Source: Ruditapes philippinarum
Lineage: Eukaryota
Length of the DNA stretch: 64,000 nt
NCBI RefSeq assembly: GCF_026571515.1
Contig: NW_026859564.1
Span: forward strand, 1-64,000
Reading direction: 5' to 3'
The notes under the pieces were generated by a model. It did no database searches, was not told where the DNA came from, and was given only the letters and a program-made list of their open reading frames with translations. The stretch's first letter is position 1, and every line of letters starts with the position of its first letter. This document shows, piece after piece, positions 38,260 through 52,419 of this stretch. A program made the position numbers and the translations under genes.

Positions 38260-39477
38260 ATGAACTCTACACATATTCTCATCCTGCAGCTTTGCTTTTT
38301 ATTTGTGTCATGTGTCAAGGTCTCTCAGATAGAGTTTACAAAACAGGAGGAAATGCGACATTGACAGTTGAGGTAAACATTTTAACTAAAGNNNNNNNNN
38401 NNNNNNNNNNNNNNNNNNNNNNNNNNNNNNNNNNNNNNNNNNNNNNNNNNNNNNNNNNNNNNNNNNNNNNNNNNNNNNNNNNNNNNNNNNNNNNNNNNNN
38501 NNNNNNNNNNNNNNNNNNNNNNNNATAATAATAATAGCAGTAATAATGATAACAATGATAATAATAATAATAATAAACAAAAAACAATGATTAAAAAAAA
38601 ATAATCATTATACGAGTATAATAAATGATGATGATGATGATGATGACGTTGGTGATGATGAGAAGCAATTAATTCATATCACTTGCTCTGTTTCGCTTTA
38701 TCTCGAGAAAATAAGACTACAACTGTTTCAACTGGTAAATATTGATGTATGGCAGCTTTAAAGACTGTCTTTTATATTCCGTACATTTAATAATTGCATA
38801 AGAGCAATGGCAAATGTATTGAAACTACGACATTATATCTTCGTTCTACAAATAACATAGAAATTTAATACTTAGAAAAAAACGTAAATCAAAGCCGGGT
38901 ACTAAAATTGACTAATTGCACAATGTTATTTAAATGTACCTTCTTAGTGTCAATGTTGAATTTTGAAAATTTGGTAATTTCTCAATTATTGCAACTTTTT
39001 TGTTTACTAACAACGGCGTTTGTTTTAATATAATTTTTTAGGATATGAAAACTATGAAAGAAGATATAAGGAATAATGCTGAAAGCATGAAAAACATTAT
39101 CGAAGACGTTAAGACTATTGAGGAAGAGTTACAAAGTATGTCTGACCTTGTGCACAAAACATTATTAACTTTCAAAAATGCCTATAGGCCTAATCAAATA
39201 CCTGGAGCTGATACCATCCCAAATGAACATCCTGTGGAATATCAGCTTAGTGAAGAGTTAAAAGTAAACATAGACAAAATAATTTCCTGTGCAGATGGTC
39301 GCGAAGGTGATACGACGGGAATACCGTCAGTTGAATACAGGCATATGCTTAATAAGATTCAATTGCTTTTGAAAAATGTTGTCAAAGACCAATCCATGAT
39401 ATCTGGAAGAATATCAGCATTGACCCAACAAGAAAGCGAGTCCGTCAAGTCCGCAGCTGGCTGTTTCACCATAGTTA
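38260..39477 (+). pseudogene. Secreted coiled-coil/SRCR protein copy 3, truncated before the SRCR domain
   Basis: Exon 38260-38372 (MNSTHILILQLCFLFVSC...) is 113 nt and so frameshifted, though it lies next to the N gap. Exon from 39042 (DMKTMKEDIRNNAE...) matches paralogs only up to AAGCFTIV. Confidence 0.8.
38392..38524. other. Assembly gap (N run) flanked by (AAT)n/(GAT)n microsatellite
   Basis: Run of N followed by ataataataatag...gatgatgat. Confidence 0.99.
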
Positions 39478-40544
39478 AAGTTATATATCTGTTGCCAATA
39501 TTTTACAAATTATTGTTTGAATTCCGGTAAATAACAATTTCACAAAATTTGTTTGAATAAAACAGGTTTATGCATTTCCTTCAGAGAGAATGGTACATAC
39601 ACAAAACCATTGATTGTCTGTTGAAACACTACATAAATAGTGGCACAAAATTTTGTTACTTAATAGTTTATTCTGTTTACATGCATTATTTACATGTGCT
39701 TAATAACAAAGCCATTACAATACTTTCAAAATTTGACATACTAGTTTTGAAACAACAGAATTGTACCGTTTCTTAATTGTATGGGAAAATGTGCTATATA
39801 ACTCTACGACTTAATACCCTTTAACACTAATGACACTGATATGGAGTGTGATTATGAAATAAATGCTTACAAAAGGCGCCCACCCAGACAATAGAGTTTT
39901 CAATTGCAATCAGTGTTTGTCCGTAAATAGTTAAGTGCACATGGTCTTTCTGATATGTGTCAACCGTTTATTTTAAATATTGTGAAGTTTTGGCGTATTG
40001 TTTTTAAATTGTATATATGAAAGCAAAATTGCCATGAGTTTCAGGTTTCCCAATTTTTTTTAAAAAAAAATTATTTTATTGATTCATTTTTTATTTTTTT
40101 ATTATTTTTTTTGATAACATAAAACATTTATACTCGTACATTAAATGCCTGAATGAGTCTGTTTTTTACCAACCTGTAAATAATATGATACTGTAGCGTA
40201 AAATGTGACCCTTCTTAATTAGACTGCAATGTCAAATGTATACTGCTATTTCATCCATTTTATCTTTAGTTTTATATGTGTGATTGTTTTCTCTAACCTG
40301 GATATGAATAAAAATTTACCAAACTGGCAAACTAATTCAATTCAATTTCAGAGACAGTAACAGATTTGTTTGTCAAAAATAAAAATGGTAAACATTTGAG
40401 AACTGACTTAAACTGTCAAAAACTTAAAAACTTGTTTTTGTAAATGGTTGTGTAAGCTCTCGATTGATATAAGTGTAATTCAGTTCAGTCTAGCTTTAAC
40501 AGTAGCTCGATAAACGTTTTCTACTCGTAAAAAGTAAAGCTAAA

Positions 40545-41679
40545 ATGGTTTGGAAAAGGTCTCCTTTCACTAACCAAATATAGTCCTATATCAAGAACCG
40601 CTGTATTCTTGGTATACAGGCGAAATACATATTTAATAAAATATGTCGTGTTTATGGGAACAATGAGCTCTTTTTTATCTGTCATACGATGGTGTAAGAA
40701 ATCTAAAAGTGGTGTGGATTCAGTAAAAGGATGCATCTAATGCATGCATTCTGAAAAATGCATATTCGCCAAAAATGTTTGGAAGAGTGAACGATTTTAT
40801 ATTGCTACTGATGCAAGATTTACAATTAGATATGAAGCTAAATGCGTTGGTATATCTGTAGGAGCCGCTCTTGCAATTTTCAGACGTGTAATAGAATATC
40901 AGAAGGATAAGTGCCAGATGGATATCCCATCTCCTTACAAAAGAGCAAAAGCTTACTCGAACAATTGATTAAACAGTTCCCTAAACACGACATTCGATCT
41001 GTCGCAAACATAATCACTGGCGATGAGACGTGGGTTCCCTTCTATGAGCCAAAGCGAAAGATACATCACAAAATATGGGCAACCAAAGAAAGTCAAGACC
41101 TTGCATATCAAAACGCACAATGAGCGTCAAAAATGGCATGTATGTAATTGTCTTTAACAGTCAGGGTCCTGCTATTCAAATTACCGTACAATAGGGGTTA
41201 ATCTGTAAATGCCAAGTTTTACAAAGGCAAGGTCCTTCATAAATTAAAGAAATATTTCAAAAACCGTCGACCAGCACCTGGTCTCCTTAGTGTCGGGTTT
41301 TTGCATGACAATGCTTCGTCACACAAAGCGGTCATTGTACGAGAATATCTGAAACAGGAAAAGCTTTTAAAGCTTCCTCACCGTCCTTATTAGCCAGAAA
41401 GTGTCCCTTGTGACTTTTTCCTATTGCCTAGGCTCCAAAAACACCTTGCTGGAAGAAAACATCAAACGCGAAAAAAATCTCGGTTTGGCTATTTTCCAGT
41501 GTCTGAACAGTATACATCGAAAAGATTATAAAAACGCATTTAAAAATGGATTAAAAGACAAAAGCTTTGTATATCACATGGTGGTGAATATTTTGAAGGA
41601 TTGACGTAAATATTTTGGCACTATTTGTTAAGCACTTCTGAAAATTGACCCAGTTGCATTCATATTTGAACACTCCTCG
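40545..41679 (+). mobile_element. Mariner (DD34D) transposase remnant with right TIR
   Basis: Broken frames give YIKNRCILG..VYGNNE..RWCKK.KSG (HTH), ITGDETWV, LHDNASSH, PY*PESVPCDF (34 residues between the second and third Asp) and terminal GGEYFEG. Ends ...TGAACACTCCTCG|TA. Left TIR not found. Confidence 0.9.
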
Positions 41680-44529
41680 TATATACTTTAAAATTTAACA
41701 TTTAATGTTGCGCACACTCTTTGCATGTTTGCCAAATTTGAATAACCATGACATATCTAGTTGAGTTTTTTTTCACATGAAACAAGTATTGTTTAGGAAT
41801 AATTTATGTTTTTATTCAATTCCGACCTATATTAGTATAGTAATTGATAATTGTTTTTAAGCTTATTTTTCCCCTTGGAAAAACGAATGCTGGTAAAATA
41901 GACACATAAGAAGCATAGCCGTGTCAAAGTAATGATTCCTCGTACTACCTTGTACATAAGTACTTCTTATTTCTAACGAGCAGACCCTCAAGTGACTAAA
42001 ATGATCTAACGTGTTTAACAATAAAGCTTTAAATTAGTATATATGCGTATACGCCTCAGAAATCAATTTCTTTTATTCTTCTTGAGGAAACATTTGTTTA
42101 TGAATTGAAAAGCTCTTAATGGACCATACAATGGACTGATGGAATTCTTGAATATGGCACTCTATGGTTTCTGTCTTGCAAGTGTTGGTTAGAGTCAATA
42201 AACATGCATATTTGAATAGTTACAATGATGTTTGTAAAAGATGAGCCTCTGAGATCATTTTAGATGGCCTTCAAAAATATAGTACAATCAAGGTCATTAA
42301 TGATTACATAATAAGATTAATAATTCTGATGGTGATGGTGGTGGTGGTGATGGTGATGATGATGAATAAAGAAATTTTGTAGATAGTTGTGCTAAGAACT
42401 GCTGAATTCAGGTGAACGTACATAAATTGAAAAACAATATGGATCTCCTTGCGACATAAAAATGCAGGAAGGTAGGCAAAATTTGAAGAACAAGGGAAAG
42501 GATGAAAAAGAGAAGGCAAAACTAGAAAAACGATTGGAAAGAGGATACTTTCCGTTAACTACAAATAAAAAGCAGGGACACAAACAGTGTCATCACAATT
42601 GACATGTAACAATAAACAAGACAACCGAAAAATTATACACTTTTGATCTTACCCTGGGTCACTTATACGTCGGCTTGTTAAGGGATGAAATATCCTAGTC
42701 AAGCATACAAAGTATGATATTTACAATGTACATTACACATATATACTTAAACAAAACAGCTATACTTCTGAACGTTAAACAAATTTACCTTTGGCTTAAC
42801 ACTTTCATGAAGATAATTTACCACAAATCACAGTTTTCGTACTTTAATCACATTTTACATATGCCTACAAATTGAATCCTCATGATACCATGTATACTTT
42901 AATTCTCTTTGACAGATTTCTAGTAAAAATAAATTTTTATGCTAATAAATGAAACGTTTATGTCTTAATAGACATTTATTAAGCATTTGCAAGGAATTTA
43001 AGATTTTTTGCAAGCACATGTTCACAATGTGAGTTGATATTTTTTAAGAAATATTTTTTCTTGTATGATTTTCATGACAAATCCTTCCCCAGCTAATGTG
43101 CATTGCTCAGTTTGATAAAATTCAGCACCAGATAATATTATTGTACATTGTATACATGTGTTTTACATATTGTAAAGTTTTGATAATAGCTTAAAATCAT
43201 CGTTCATGTACCCGTACTAAGTATTGGGATATTAAATGATCATATGTTGTTTTTTTATACTAATTTGTGCCGGGAGAATATAATTATGATATTGTTGCTT
43301 TACATTTATAATATTTAAGGGCACCGTTTTCATCTGATCCTCTTAGCATTATAATGATATTGCATTTATCTCCTTGTTAAATGACCATTGTCTGTCGTTA
43401 CGGCTATCTAACATAATCATCATGTTACTTGACTGACCAATATGGTAATTTAGTTTCATGTTGCATTGCGAAAGTATTCCCTTCATCTTGCATTAACTTC
43501 GTCTGCGTTTCCTTCAGTTTATGCTTCGCGTATTGCCTACATCATGTTGAATTGCATTCATGTAACGTTACCTTCAACTTAAATTGTCATCGTTTTGCAT
43601 TGTCACCATATTGCATTTAAACCGTTCTGTTGCACATTAAACGTTGTTTTGAAACTTTGTTTTCTTGATTTTGTGGCAAACAGTCCTATGTTTCTGCAAA
43701 GTAAATAGTGCAAACATGTTCTATATTTTCTTTTCTATCAAAACTAGCAATTTGTTTTTGCTTAATTCATAATAAAATGTCATGTGTTTCTATTGCTGCA
43801 AACGAAGCGTATGTAAATACATGTAAACAAATATATATCTAGAAGAACGATTTAACAAATGTTTCTCATACTTTATCAAAACATCCGAGTAAAGCTATTC
43901 ATGAAAGTGACTGCTTACGAATGCAAGTTTTGAAACACGACCTAATTGTTAATGATCCAGGAAACCCCCTTCCATACCCGCTGAATAAGCAATGCGTACT
44001 TGTAAATTATTCGGGAAACCCCCCTTGATATCCGCTGAAGGTAGTTCAAAATATGATCTACTTCTTTCAGGTAGGGTGATCATATTACCTTTGTTTAGAG
44101 CAACATTTGGGTCCCGCGAATGGCTTTTGTTAATTACTGCGTCGTATCTTTTAATATTTTATACATAATCCGTGTTCAGAAAAAATGCATTCCTATTCCA
44201 ATGGAAAATATTTTCCATATTAGCTCTTGTAGTTTTCCCGATATGCCTGCAGAAATTGTGAAACATATTTTCATCAAAATATTGCCGCATTGGAAAGTTT
44301 CTGCAAGATTATCGGGACAAGGCCAAGATCATATACCACTGAATTCAGTAAATAGCACCGGGAGCTAGCTAATTGTTTATTATTCAAATATTAAAAGATA
44401 CAAGTGATGACGTAAACAATTGTCACGAGATTACCATCCCGGTTCTTTATAATTTGGGCAGTCATAATTTCTTGTGGATAAATGAATTATACATTAAGCA
44501 TATATCTTAATAGTGTTCACCAGGCAAGT

Positions 44530-45050
44530 ATACGAAAGAAATGAACGCTAAGCATGGTATACCTTAATAGTGTACGCTTCGTATGTATAGCTAAATATCA
44601 TACGCTTTGAATGATGTACCTAAATATTGTACGCTTAGCCTGTATAGCTAAATATTGCACGCTTATCATGTATATCTAAATAGTGTACATTTAGCAAAAT
44701 TACCTAAATAATGAACGCTTAGTATGGTGAACCTAAATAGTGTACACTTGACATGTATAGCTTGATATTGCGCACTTAGCATGTATATAAGCGAGTGCAG
44801 TTGCTTGAAATCTGAAAAGTGTACACTTTGCATGATGTACCTAAATAGTGTTTGCTTTGCATGTATAGCCTCATATTAAACGCTTAGCATGTAAATTTAA
44901 AAAATAAATATCTAGTGAGTTTGCCTATAGATTAAGTACTATCGTTGTGTATGAAGAATTGTACAAGTATACTGAAATGTTGCGCACTTAGCATGATTTG
45001 CATAAATAATGTACGTTTAGCGTGGTTACCTTGATATTTCACGCTTACAT
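44530..45050. repeat. Degenerate ~27-28-bp minisatellite
   Basis: Recurrent CTAAATAGTGTACGCTTAGCATGTATA-like units. Confidence 0.75.
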
Positions 45051-48000
45051 TACGCATTTATCATTAATTCCTAAAGCTTATAAAAGTTCGTGTAACTATG
45101 TCAGTACATGTTTTTGAAACGTTCGAATGACGATATTTATTACCCTTCCAGATTTTTTTCATATAATTAATATGCACAATAAGATATTTCAAAAGCATAA
45201 AATATAAAACCAATGGCCAGGTAAAATTAAATAATATCGACCACATGATACGATTTAGTTGCTTTTGCTATTCTTTGCAAGAACGGAAGTGTTCGCTAAA
45301 ATTATTAGACCAAAATAACACATCGACTATTTCAAACTTGAATGCTTTAGTTCAAGGTTTGTTGTGAAAAACATCTCTTAAACTGATTGACGCATGCGCA
45401 TTTAAGGAGAACAATTTATTTTCTGAAGCAGGTAATAGCGTTACGGAACGTTTAGGAGTAAACAATTTGTATTTTGCAGATATATATTAAACAGGTATTT
45501 ATTTATATAATGGAATATATTTTTTACCTTATATTAAAATTAATATTTACCAGGTAAATAGTACGTTATAGAGATACTTTTGTTTAAAAAAGAATTCATT
45601 TTCAATCGTATTTAATGGTTCTTTTAATTGAGGGTTAGTGCAGCTTTTTTCCTGCAAAAGCATAAAGACGCACTTAAATCCCATGTGTACAGGACGAGTT
45701 ATTCCGAGTTACATTATCTGATTCTTTTTTTTTCTATTTATTTATTTATTTATTTGTAGACTTATTTCAATAAGGAGAAAATTGTGTCATATGTCTTTAT
45801 TTGCTGGTTCGAATTCTTTGTTTATCAATTATGTTTCTGTAATGAAAATTAGAGACCATTTGATCTCTATAAAAGCTTACATTTTGCTCAATATCTCTAT
45901 GTAATTTTTTGTTGAAAAGCTGGGGAAAAGAAAGTTTATTCTATATGTATAACCATTGCAAAACATATTTTTTCAACCTTAATAGAAGTTTGGTGGGAGG
46001 GCTTGAACAGCTGTAAACATTAACATGTATATGTATTATAAAAAGTAAAGCACATTGTAAAAGCACATGCCATTTATCAGAAATCAGAAAAAATATGTAT
46101 ATTGTGTTGATCCTTATGATAACGATGTAAAGATGGATCAAATTGTCTTTATTGTTAAATATTTGACATGACGCCCACAGTCATGCATATTTGGGGGAAA
46201 AAACAACAAAAACATGCAAAAATCAGGCGTTCTTACGTAATTTTGTCGTTAATGCCAGTTTCCTTCTACATTATAGTAAGAATATTCCCTGGGGACTATT
46301 CTTTCTATGTGTCAAAGATTTAAATGCATCACTAAATTGTGCTCGAAATTTTATCTCACTGTTTAGGGTCAAAGACGTTTTTCATGACAAAGGAACACAC
46401 ATTTTGTGTTATGTAAGGATTGAGCATATCTTTCATATTATTTTTCTCTATAGACAATTTGAAGGGCAAGTTGACTTCAGACAAAGGAGAGCTAGGCTCG
46501 GGGTAGTTTATCCTATCTGTTTACAAGTCCGTGCGATTTGCTGTGACTTTGTCGTGTTATTTCACTTTAACTTGCTGACTGTCTTCAATGTCCAGCTTTA
46601 ATTCTAGAAATTTGTGATATCAACTTAAGGATATTAAGATAAGAGTTTAAAGTTAGATGTACAGATGAATAGGCTAACCAGTCTCTATTCTGTTGGCAAA
46701 AGGCTACTCACTTTTTATTATACAAGGTGAGGGGTTCTACTGTAATTAATATTTATCGGTGTAGTTTCGTCTGGCAGGTTATTGTTTTATTATTTAACTT
46801 GTACAAAAATAGTCCGTTCTCAATTTATCATTTATTTGCGCTTATACTCTGTATAAGTTGGCAACGACAGAAGGGAATGTTGAATTATCAGCACAATTGA
46901 AATAGATAAATAGATATAAACATGGAACAAGTAAGTTCATAAGAACTTATCCGAAACAGGCATTGTTAACACATGCATCTTTTTTATGAATTGCGAGATC
47001 GGAGCTCGGTCGAGATAATTAGCGCTTAAAACCGAAATAGTTTCTGATTTAGGCCTAAATGGTTTCTGATTTATTACCGATAGGTTTTCGATGTGAAAAT
47101 AGGTCATACGGTCATCATAAAGGAGGATTTCCTGAAGACGGTGTGTGTTACGGTTAAGTGAGCACCTACCTTATTACTTGCCTATTCATTGTTACTTGGT
47201 TTGTAAACGGGTAGTCACGAGAAATCAAATCGCAGCAGCAGCAGATTTTTCTGATGCATTTACATCATTTTGATACGAACTTTATAGCTTGTAAGAAATG
47301 CAATGTCTCATCGCGCAAATGCTGGATGTTCTTTGGTTGCATTTAATAACGTGTAAAATATACCTAAATATAGGTATGTATATCTAAAACTTATAACCGT
47401 TCGGGTTAGCAAACTATTATCTATTTCTCGGTGTTCTTGATGACACACAGCAAGTTTAACTTGTTTTGTTGATGTACTTGGTGGCATTTTAATTAATCAA
47501 GGTTGATTAATCATACTTTTATTAGGTAAATTAACCCTTTTATGTTCACATGCTATTGACACATTATTGCCAGTTTTTTAATGACACCAATATTCATATT
47601 GTGACCACCTATATTGTGTAGAATTTTAAACATAACATATCTACTTTGTGCGAAGTAAAACATGTTTATTTTATAATTACAAAGAGACTGTGTAGTAATT
47701 ACTAATATTTCATAATATCAAATTTGAGCATAGAATATCTTTAAATTTTGAAGGTGATTATATTTCATATACAGCACTGAAAATATTTTGGTCAATCAAC
47801 AATTTCAAACAATATGATATATAAATACTGACATGGATCATAGTTGTTATAAATATAATCTATTCATTTGATTTTAATCTATATAATCAATATTCGATAT
47901 ATTTCCACAAACTCCTCGAGTGGTGCTGGTTACGTGACATTTTTAGACGCATGATTCCTTGTATTCTCCTCCTGCTTATCATACGAGTATGTTCACCTTT

Positions 48001-48954
48001 ATCACATTTACAACAGTATCCGTAAAATACATTATTATCTAACTTTTATTTACTTACTTAAATTCCAACTTGAGAGCTTGGAAAATATTATCCAAGTAAT
48101 ATGATAAGTACAAACAATAAGTTTGAATGATTTATGATTTCCGGTTAAACTCCAGATGTTACAAAGTATTATTTGTATCATCATATTTCAGATGCCAGTG
48201 TCCCTGCATTCAGTATCCTTGCCACCAGGCTAATTATTTTGAACAGATCGATCACCTCTTTTGCAAACAGTTTGGTAATACAAATGACGCCGAAAGTCTG
48301 AGCGTTATATCGGGTTTTACGCCGTCTGGAAGTTGTTTCATTAAATTCTGAAAAACAAAAATGATAAAGTAAAAGAAATAGGCAGAACACATTTTAATAA
48401 ATCAAATATTCTATAAAACTCTTAATGATAAACATAAGCCAACGTTTGTTGTTGTTTTTTTCACATTATTAAAATGAAACAGCTGCGGGTGTCGAATAGC
48501 ATAAAGCATATAGTTTTATCATCTAAGCTATAACAAAAAGGCATGTGTACTTGAAAGCACTTGTAATCATGCGATTTATGTTAATAAAATTTATTGCCTC
48601 TCGTCTAAGCTAATCGTGACCGAGAAAAGAAATTATAGTTTTCCTTGAAGTTCGCGGAATTGGATTTAGTTCCTTGACGTCAAACAACTCTTTACCCGCT
48701 CATGGTGTATGTGAAGGATTCATCTTCTTCAAATGATTGCCACCAATTGCAAAACATTTATGTTTTCTCTGAATCCATTCGTTAAGCCAGACACTGTTAC
48801 TAATAAAATGCCTTTTAGGACAGCCCTCGTACACTGCTATGTTGACAAAAAATCCTGAATAGTGTAAGCAGAGTGTAAATGATTTTGAATATTGTTTAAG
48901 AATCTACGTCATCGTTACAGTTGAAGTACAAACAAACTGTAAGGTGTTTCAACC

Positions 48955-50696
48955 ATGAACATTGCAAACATCGTCATCCTGCAGCTGTGCATTGTATTTG
49001 TGTCATGTGACAGGCTTAGTCCATTGGAGCTAAAACAGCAGTTACAGGAAATGCCAACAGTGACAGAGCAGGTAAAAAGAAGCTTATGTAAATTTAGATC
49101 ACTGATTTAATCTTTTAAAGATAAAAAGTTATTATCCCAGTATTCCAAAATGGTTACGTATTTGTTCTTAAACCTTGTACATTTCTAATATATTTAATTT
49201 ACGCTTTACATTTATAATATGTCGAAGTTCTAATTGAATCGTGGTAACGAACTAAGAACAATAACCTAAACCTTTAACGATGCATAACACAAAGGCCAAG
49301 TAGACATTGATTTAATGGTTAAATCTTCGTCATTGTGCAAGACTTATTTCTAACTGAAAGCTAAGAATCTGGTTTAGCTCCGGGTGATTCTTCCATTTGC
49401 TCTACAACAAATTATAGCTTTAAGAGATTGAGGATCATAATATAATAATAAATAATTACAATAATAATTGTAAGTTAAAAGTTTCCTTGTTTTGGTTTCC
49501 CTTGTCGAAAAAAATAATATAACTGATCGTTATCATTTTTTTTAATGCTTTGTTGTTTTTATTTGTTTTTGTTTGTTGGAAATATTGAATGATACTGCGG
49601 AGTATAATAAGGGAGTGGATTGTGTTTTAATTTGTAAATTATGCCTTCATTCTATAATCTAAAGCCTTAATGCACAACATTGCCTAAATGCCTAGCTTTC
49701 ACCCAGACAGATGGACAATTGACGTTGAACTTTAAACAAAATTTGAGGTCCAATTTGGAAAAACATAGGCAAATTCACAAATATTTTATCTTTGATGTTT
49801 ACTTACAAATTTGAGACAAAGCCATTATGTGTTCGATATCTGTTTTTCAGGATATCGAAATGATGAAAGAAGGTATAAGAAATAATGCTGAAGGTATCAA
49901 AGTTATAACCAAGGGCATTCAGAATATTGAAGAACAGTTCAAAAGTCTGTCTGACCTTATTCATGAAACATTATCAGCCAGTGAGTCTACTACAATATCT
50001 AAAGAGGTTACAAGTTCAGATGAGCCACACAAGAAATGTGAGCTAAGTGAAGATTTGAAATCAAACATAGAAAAACTTGCCTCTTGTGCAGAAAATAACC
50101 AAAATGATACAAACAAAATACCGTCAGTAGGGGATATGGATATTCTAACGAAGACTGAATCAGTTTTAAATGAAGTTCTGAAAGGCCAATCCATAATATC
50201 AGAAAAACTGTTAGCATTTCCCAAACCTCAAAAGGATCCTGAAAACAAAGTCGGGGGTGGCTGTTTCAAGCTGGTGGATACCAATGAACCGGACGTAGAA
50301 GATGATAATGACAATAAATGCTTTAATATCAGCGCCCGCCCAGACAAGAGAGTTACTTTCCATTGCGGCAATAGAAATAGCCGTATAGCAGACGCAGTAG
50401 TTTCGGAAATCGGTGTCACTGGTCGCATCGAAGTTAGATATAACAACTTCTGGGGAACTGTATGTTACATGACATTTTCCCATGAGGACGGAAACGTAGC
50501 ATGCAGATCAGCTGGATTTGCTAGAGGTGTACGAGCATACATAACTCTTCCTGGATCTGGTCAGATTTGGCTGTCAAATCTTCATTGCAAGGGTACCGAA
50601 TCAGATTTATTTGATTGTGAAAGGGAGTTCCCTATTGGCGGTCATAGTTGCACCCATTCAATGGACTCTGTTGTTACATGTTTTTGGTTGCCTTAA
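48955..50696 (+). CDS. Secreted coiled-coil/SRCR protein copy 4 (exons 48955-49071, 49851-50696)
   Basis: MNIANIVILQLCIVFVSCDRLSPLELKQQLQEMPTVTEQ, phase-0 intron, open frame through a 6-Cys SRCR ending VTCFWLP*. Confidence 0.92.
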
Positions 50697-52292
50697 ATAA
50701 TTTAAGACAATGGAATGAATGTGTCGTGAAAATCTGAAATGAACAGTGAAATGATTGCAAAAGACTTTTAATTAAGGAAGCTTTTCTTGAAACAAATGTA
50801 GTTGTTTATTTTAAAAGTGAATTAAAAACATGTCTGCCCGTAGACGTTTCACACATAAATGTTTTTATTAAATGCTTGATGCTAACGATTTTAGCTCACA
50901 CATTGTATGTTTTGTAAGTAAATATTTCCTGCTAGATGTAAATAGTGCAGCGTATGAACAAAACAGGACAACCCGTACAAATGCACAGATAAACAAACTT
51001 AGCAACTGGAAGAACAATTGTTGCAGGTTGAATCTCCTTTGATATGAAATGTTTGTTTCTTTTGCAGACTATTCAATGTTAAATATCCTTTTAAGAAGCC
51101 GTTAGTTGTATTGGAGTCAAGTAGAGTGCAGTGTCTATCTCCTATGATATGTTGACATATGTTATTATCATGTATTGTCTGTTGTAAATAAATAAAAACA
51201 TAACTCCATTCAGTTTTATCATACTTGAAAATTACTAAGACAAAATTTTATTCAATGTTAAAGATGTAGTAGAAAGTCGATTTTAATATGAACAATTGGA
51301 AAACTTATGTTGAGACATGGAAATTTCAGGAAAATGTTTGTGAAAAGAAAAGAATAATCATAGAATTACTTGGTACTCTATATAAAATATTAACCTATGT
51401 GTATACATTTAAAATATTTAGTTTTATGTATGTTTCCAAAATAACAATTTGTGATATTTTACAATAAATTACCGTGTTATTACCGTGTTATATACTTGTT
51501 TTGAGTATTTTCCCTTTCCTTAATTTAAAGAAAAGTTTCCCTTTTCTGCAAGTTTAAGATTTTTCACTTTTTCCTATCCAGCTAGTATTAGTATCATTAA
51601 TTTTAAAATTTAAAGTTCATGTCAGCTATATATGAAAGAGTGGCAGGATGGCGGTGCATTTCAGTTGTTTGCTTTTGAGTTCGTTTTGTATAACGTTATT
51701 TTCCATATTTACTATTCTCTTATATCGTCATTATCATCGTCAATATAATATGTTTTAGTCGAGGGCATTTCCACTCTAGATCATTCAGAATCGCCTTTAT
51801 AAAAACAGTGAGGCATGACTTGGGTTGTGGGATGAAAAGTACAATAGCATTCTTTAAATTACCACATTTCACAATTTCCTGTTCTAGCCATGCTATAGAG
51901 AAGCTATGTAAACTTTCAAATTAATTACATCGTGCTATAATTCAAACAATTGTTCACTGCAATACAATTCAACAACGAAAAATGCACACATAAACAAGTT
52001 TCAACACAATATAAATGTAACGTCTTTACTGTCCTGTCTGCAAGGCTTTGAAAGAGATATTAAGATGAGAGTTAAGATAGACAGGTAGAAAGACTTCCCT
52101 CTTTGTTTACTTCAATATTGAATGCATGAGTATTGCAACTGTTCATCAATGTGCATCTATATCATGTTGTTCAAAACAATATTAACTCACCAAACTTGAC
52201 AAAAGCAGCTCAAACCATGTACTGCAACAGTTAGGTTTACATTCTAATTTCAATAACCATATGCTGTACAAAGTGCAATATTATTTCTTTTC

Positions 52293-52419
52293 TACGGAGC
52301 CCCTAAGGTGACATTTTCCACACTTTTTCTCGAACTTAATTCGTAATTACAAAATATTAATTCGTAATTACGAATTACTAATTCATTTTTACGAAATATT
52401 AATTCGTAATTACGAAATA
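52293..52419. repeat. Truncated DNA-transposon-like end with ~21-bp palindromic tandem units
   Basis: TACGGAGCCCCTAAGGTGACAT followed by repeats containing the palindrome TTCGTAATTACGAA. Confidence 0.55.

Noticed and set aside
38241-38587. ORFs spanning the N run
   Set aside because: Artefacts of the assembly gap and flanking microsatellite.
43960-44040. NF-kB-like GGGAAACCCC sites (also GGAAAATTCCC at 37119-37129)
   Set aside because: The 44-kb sites look like part of a short repeated element end (..CCCCC...A.CCGCTGAA); single matches far from any known TSS are not enough evidence.
46191-48390. ORFs 46191-46601, 48127-48351 and 48181-48390
   Set aside because: No recognisable domain or consistent exon chain, although 48181-48347 (-) has an acceptor-like site; could be decayed TE or gene fragments.
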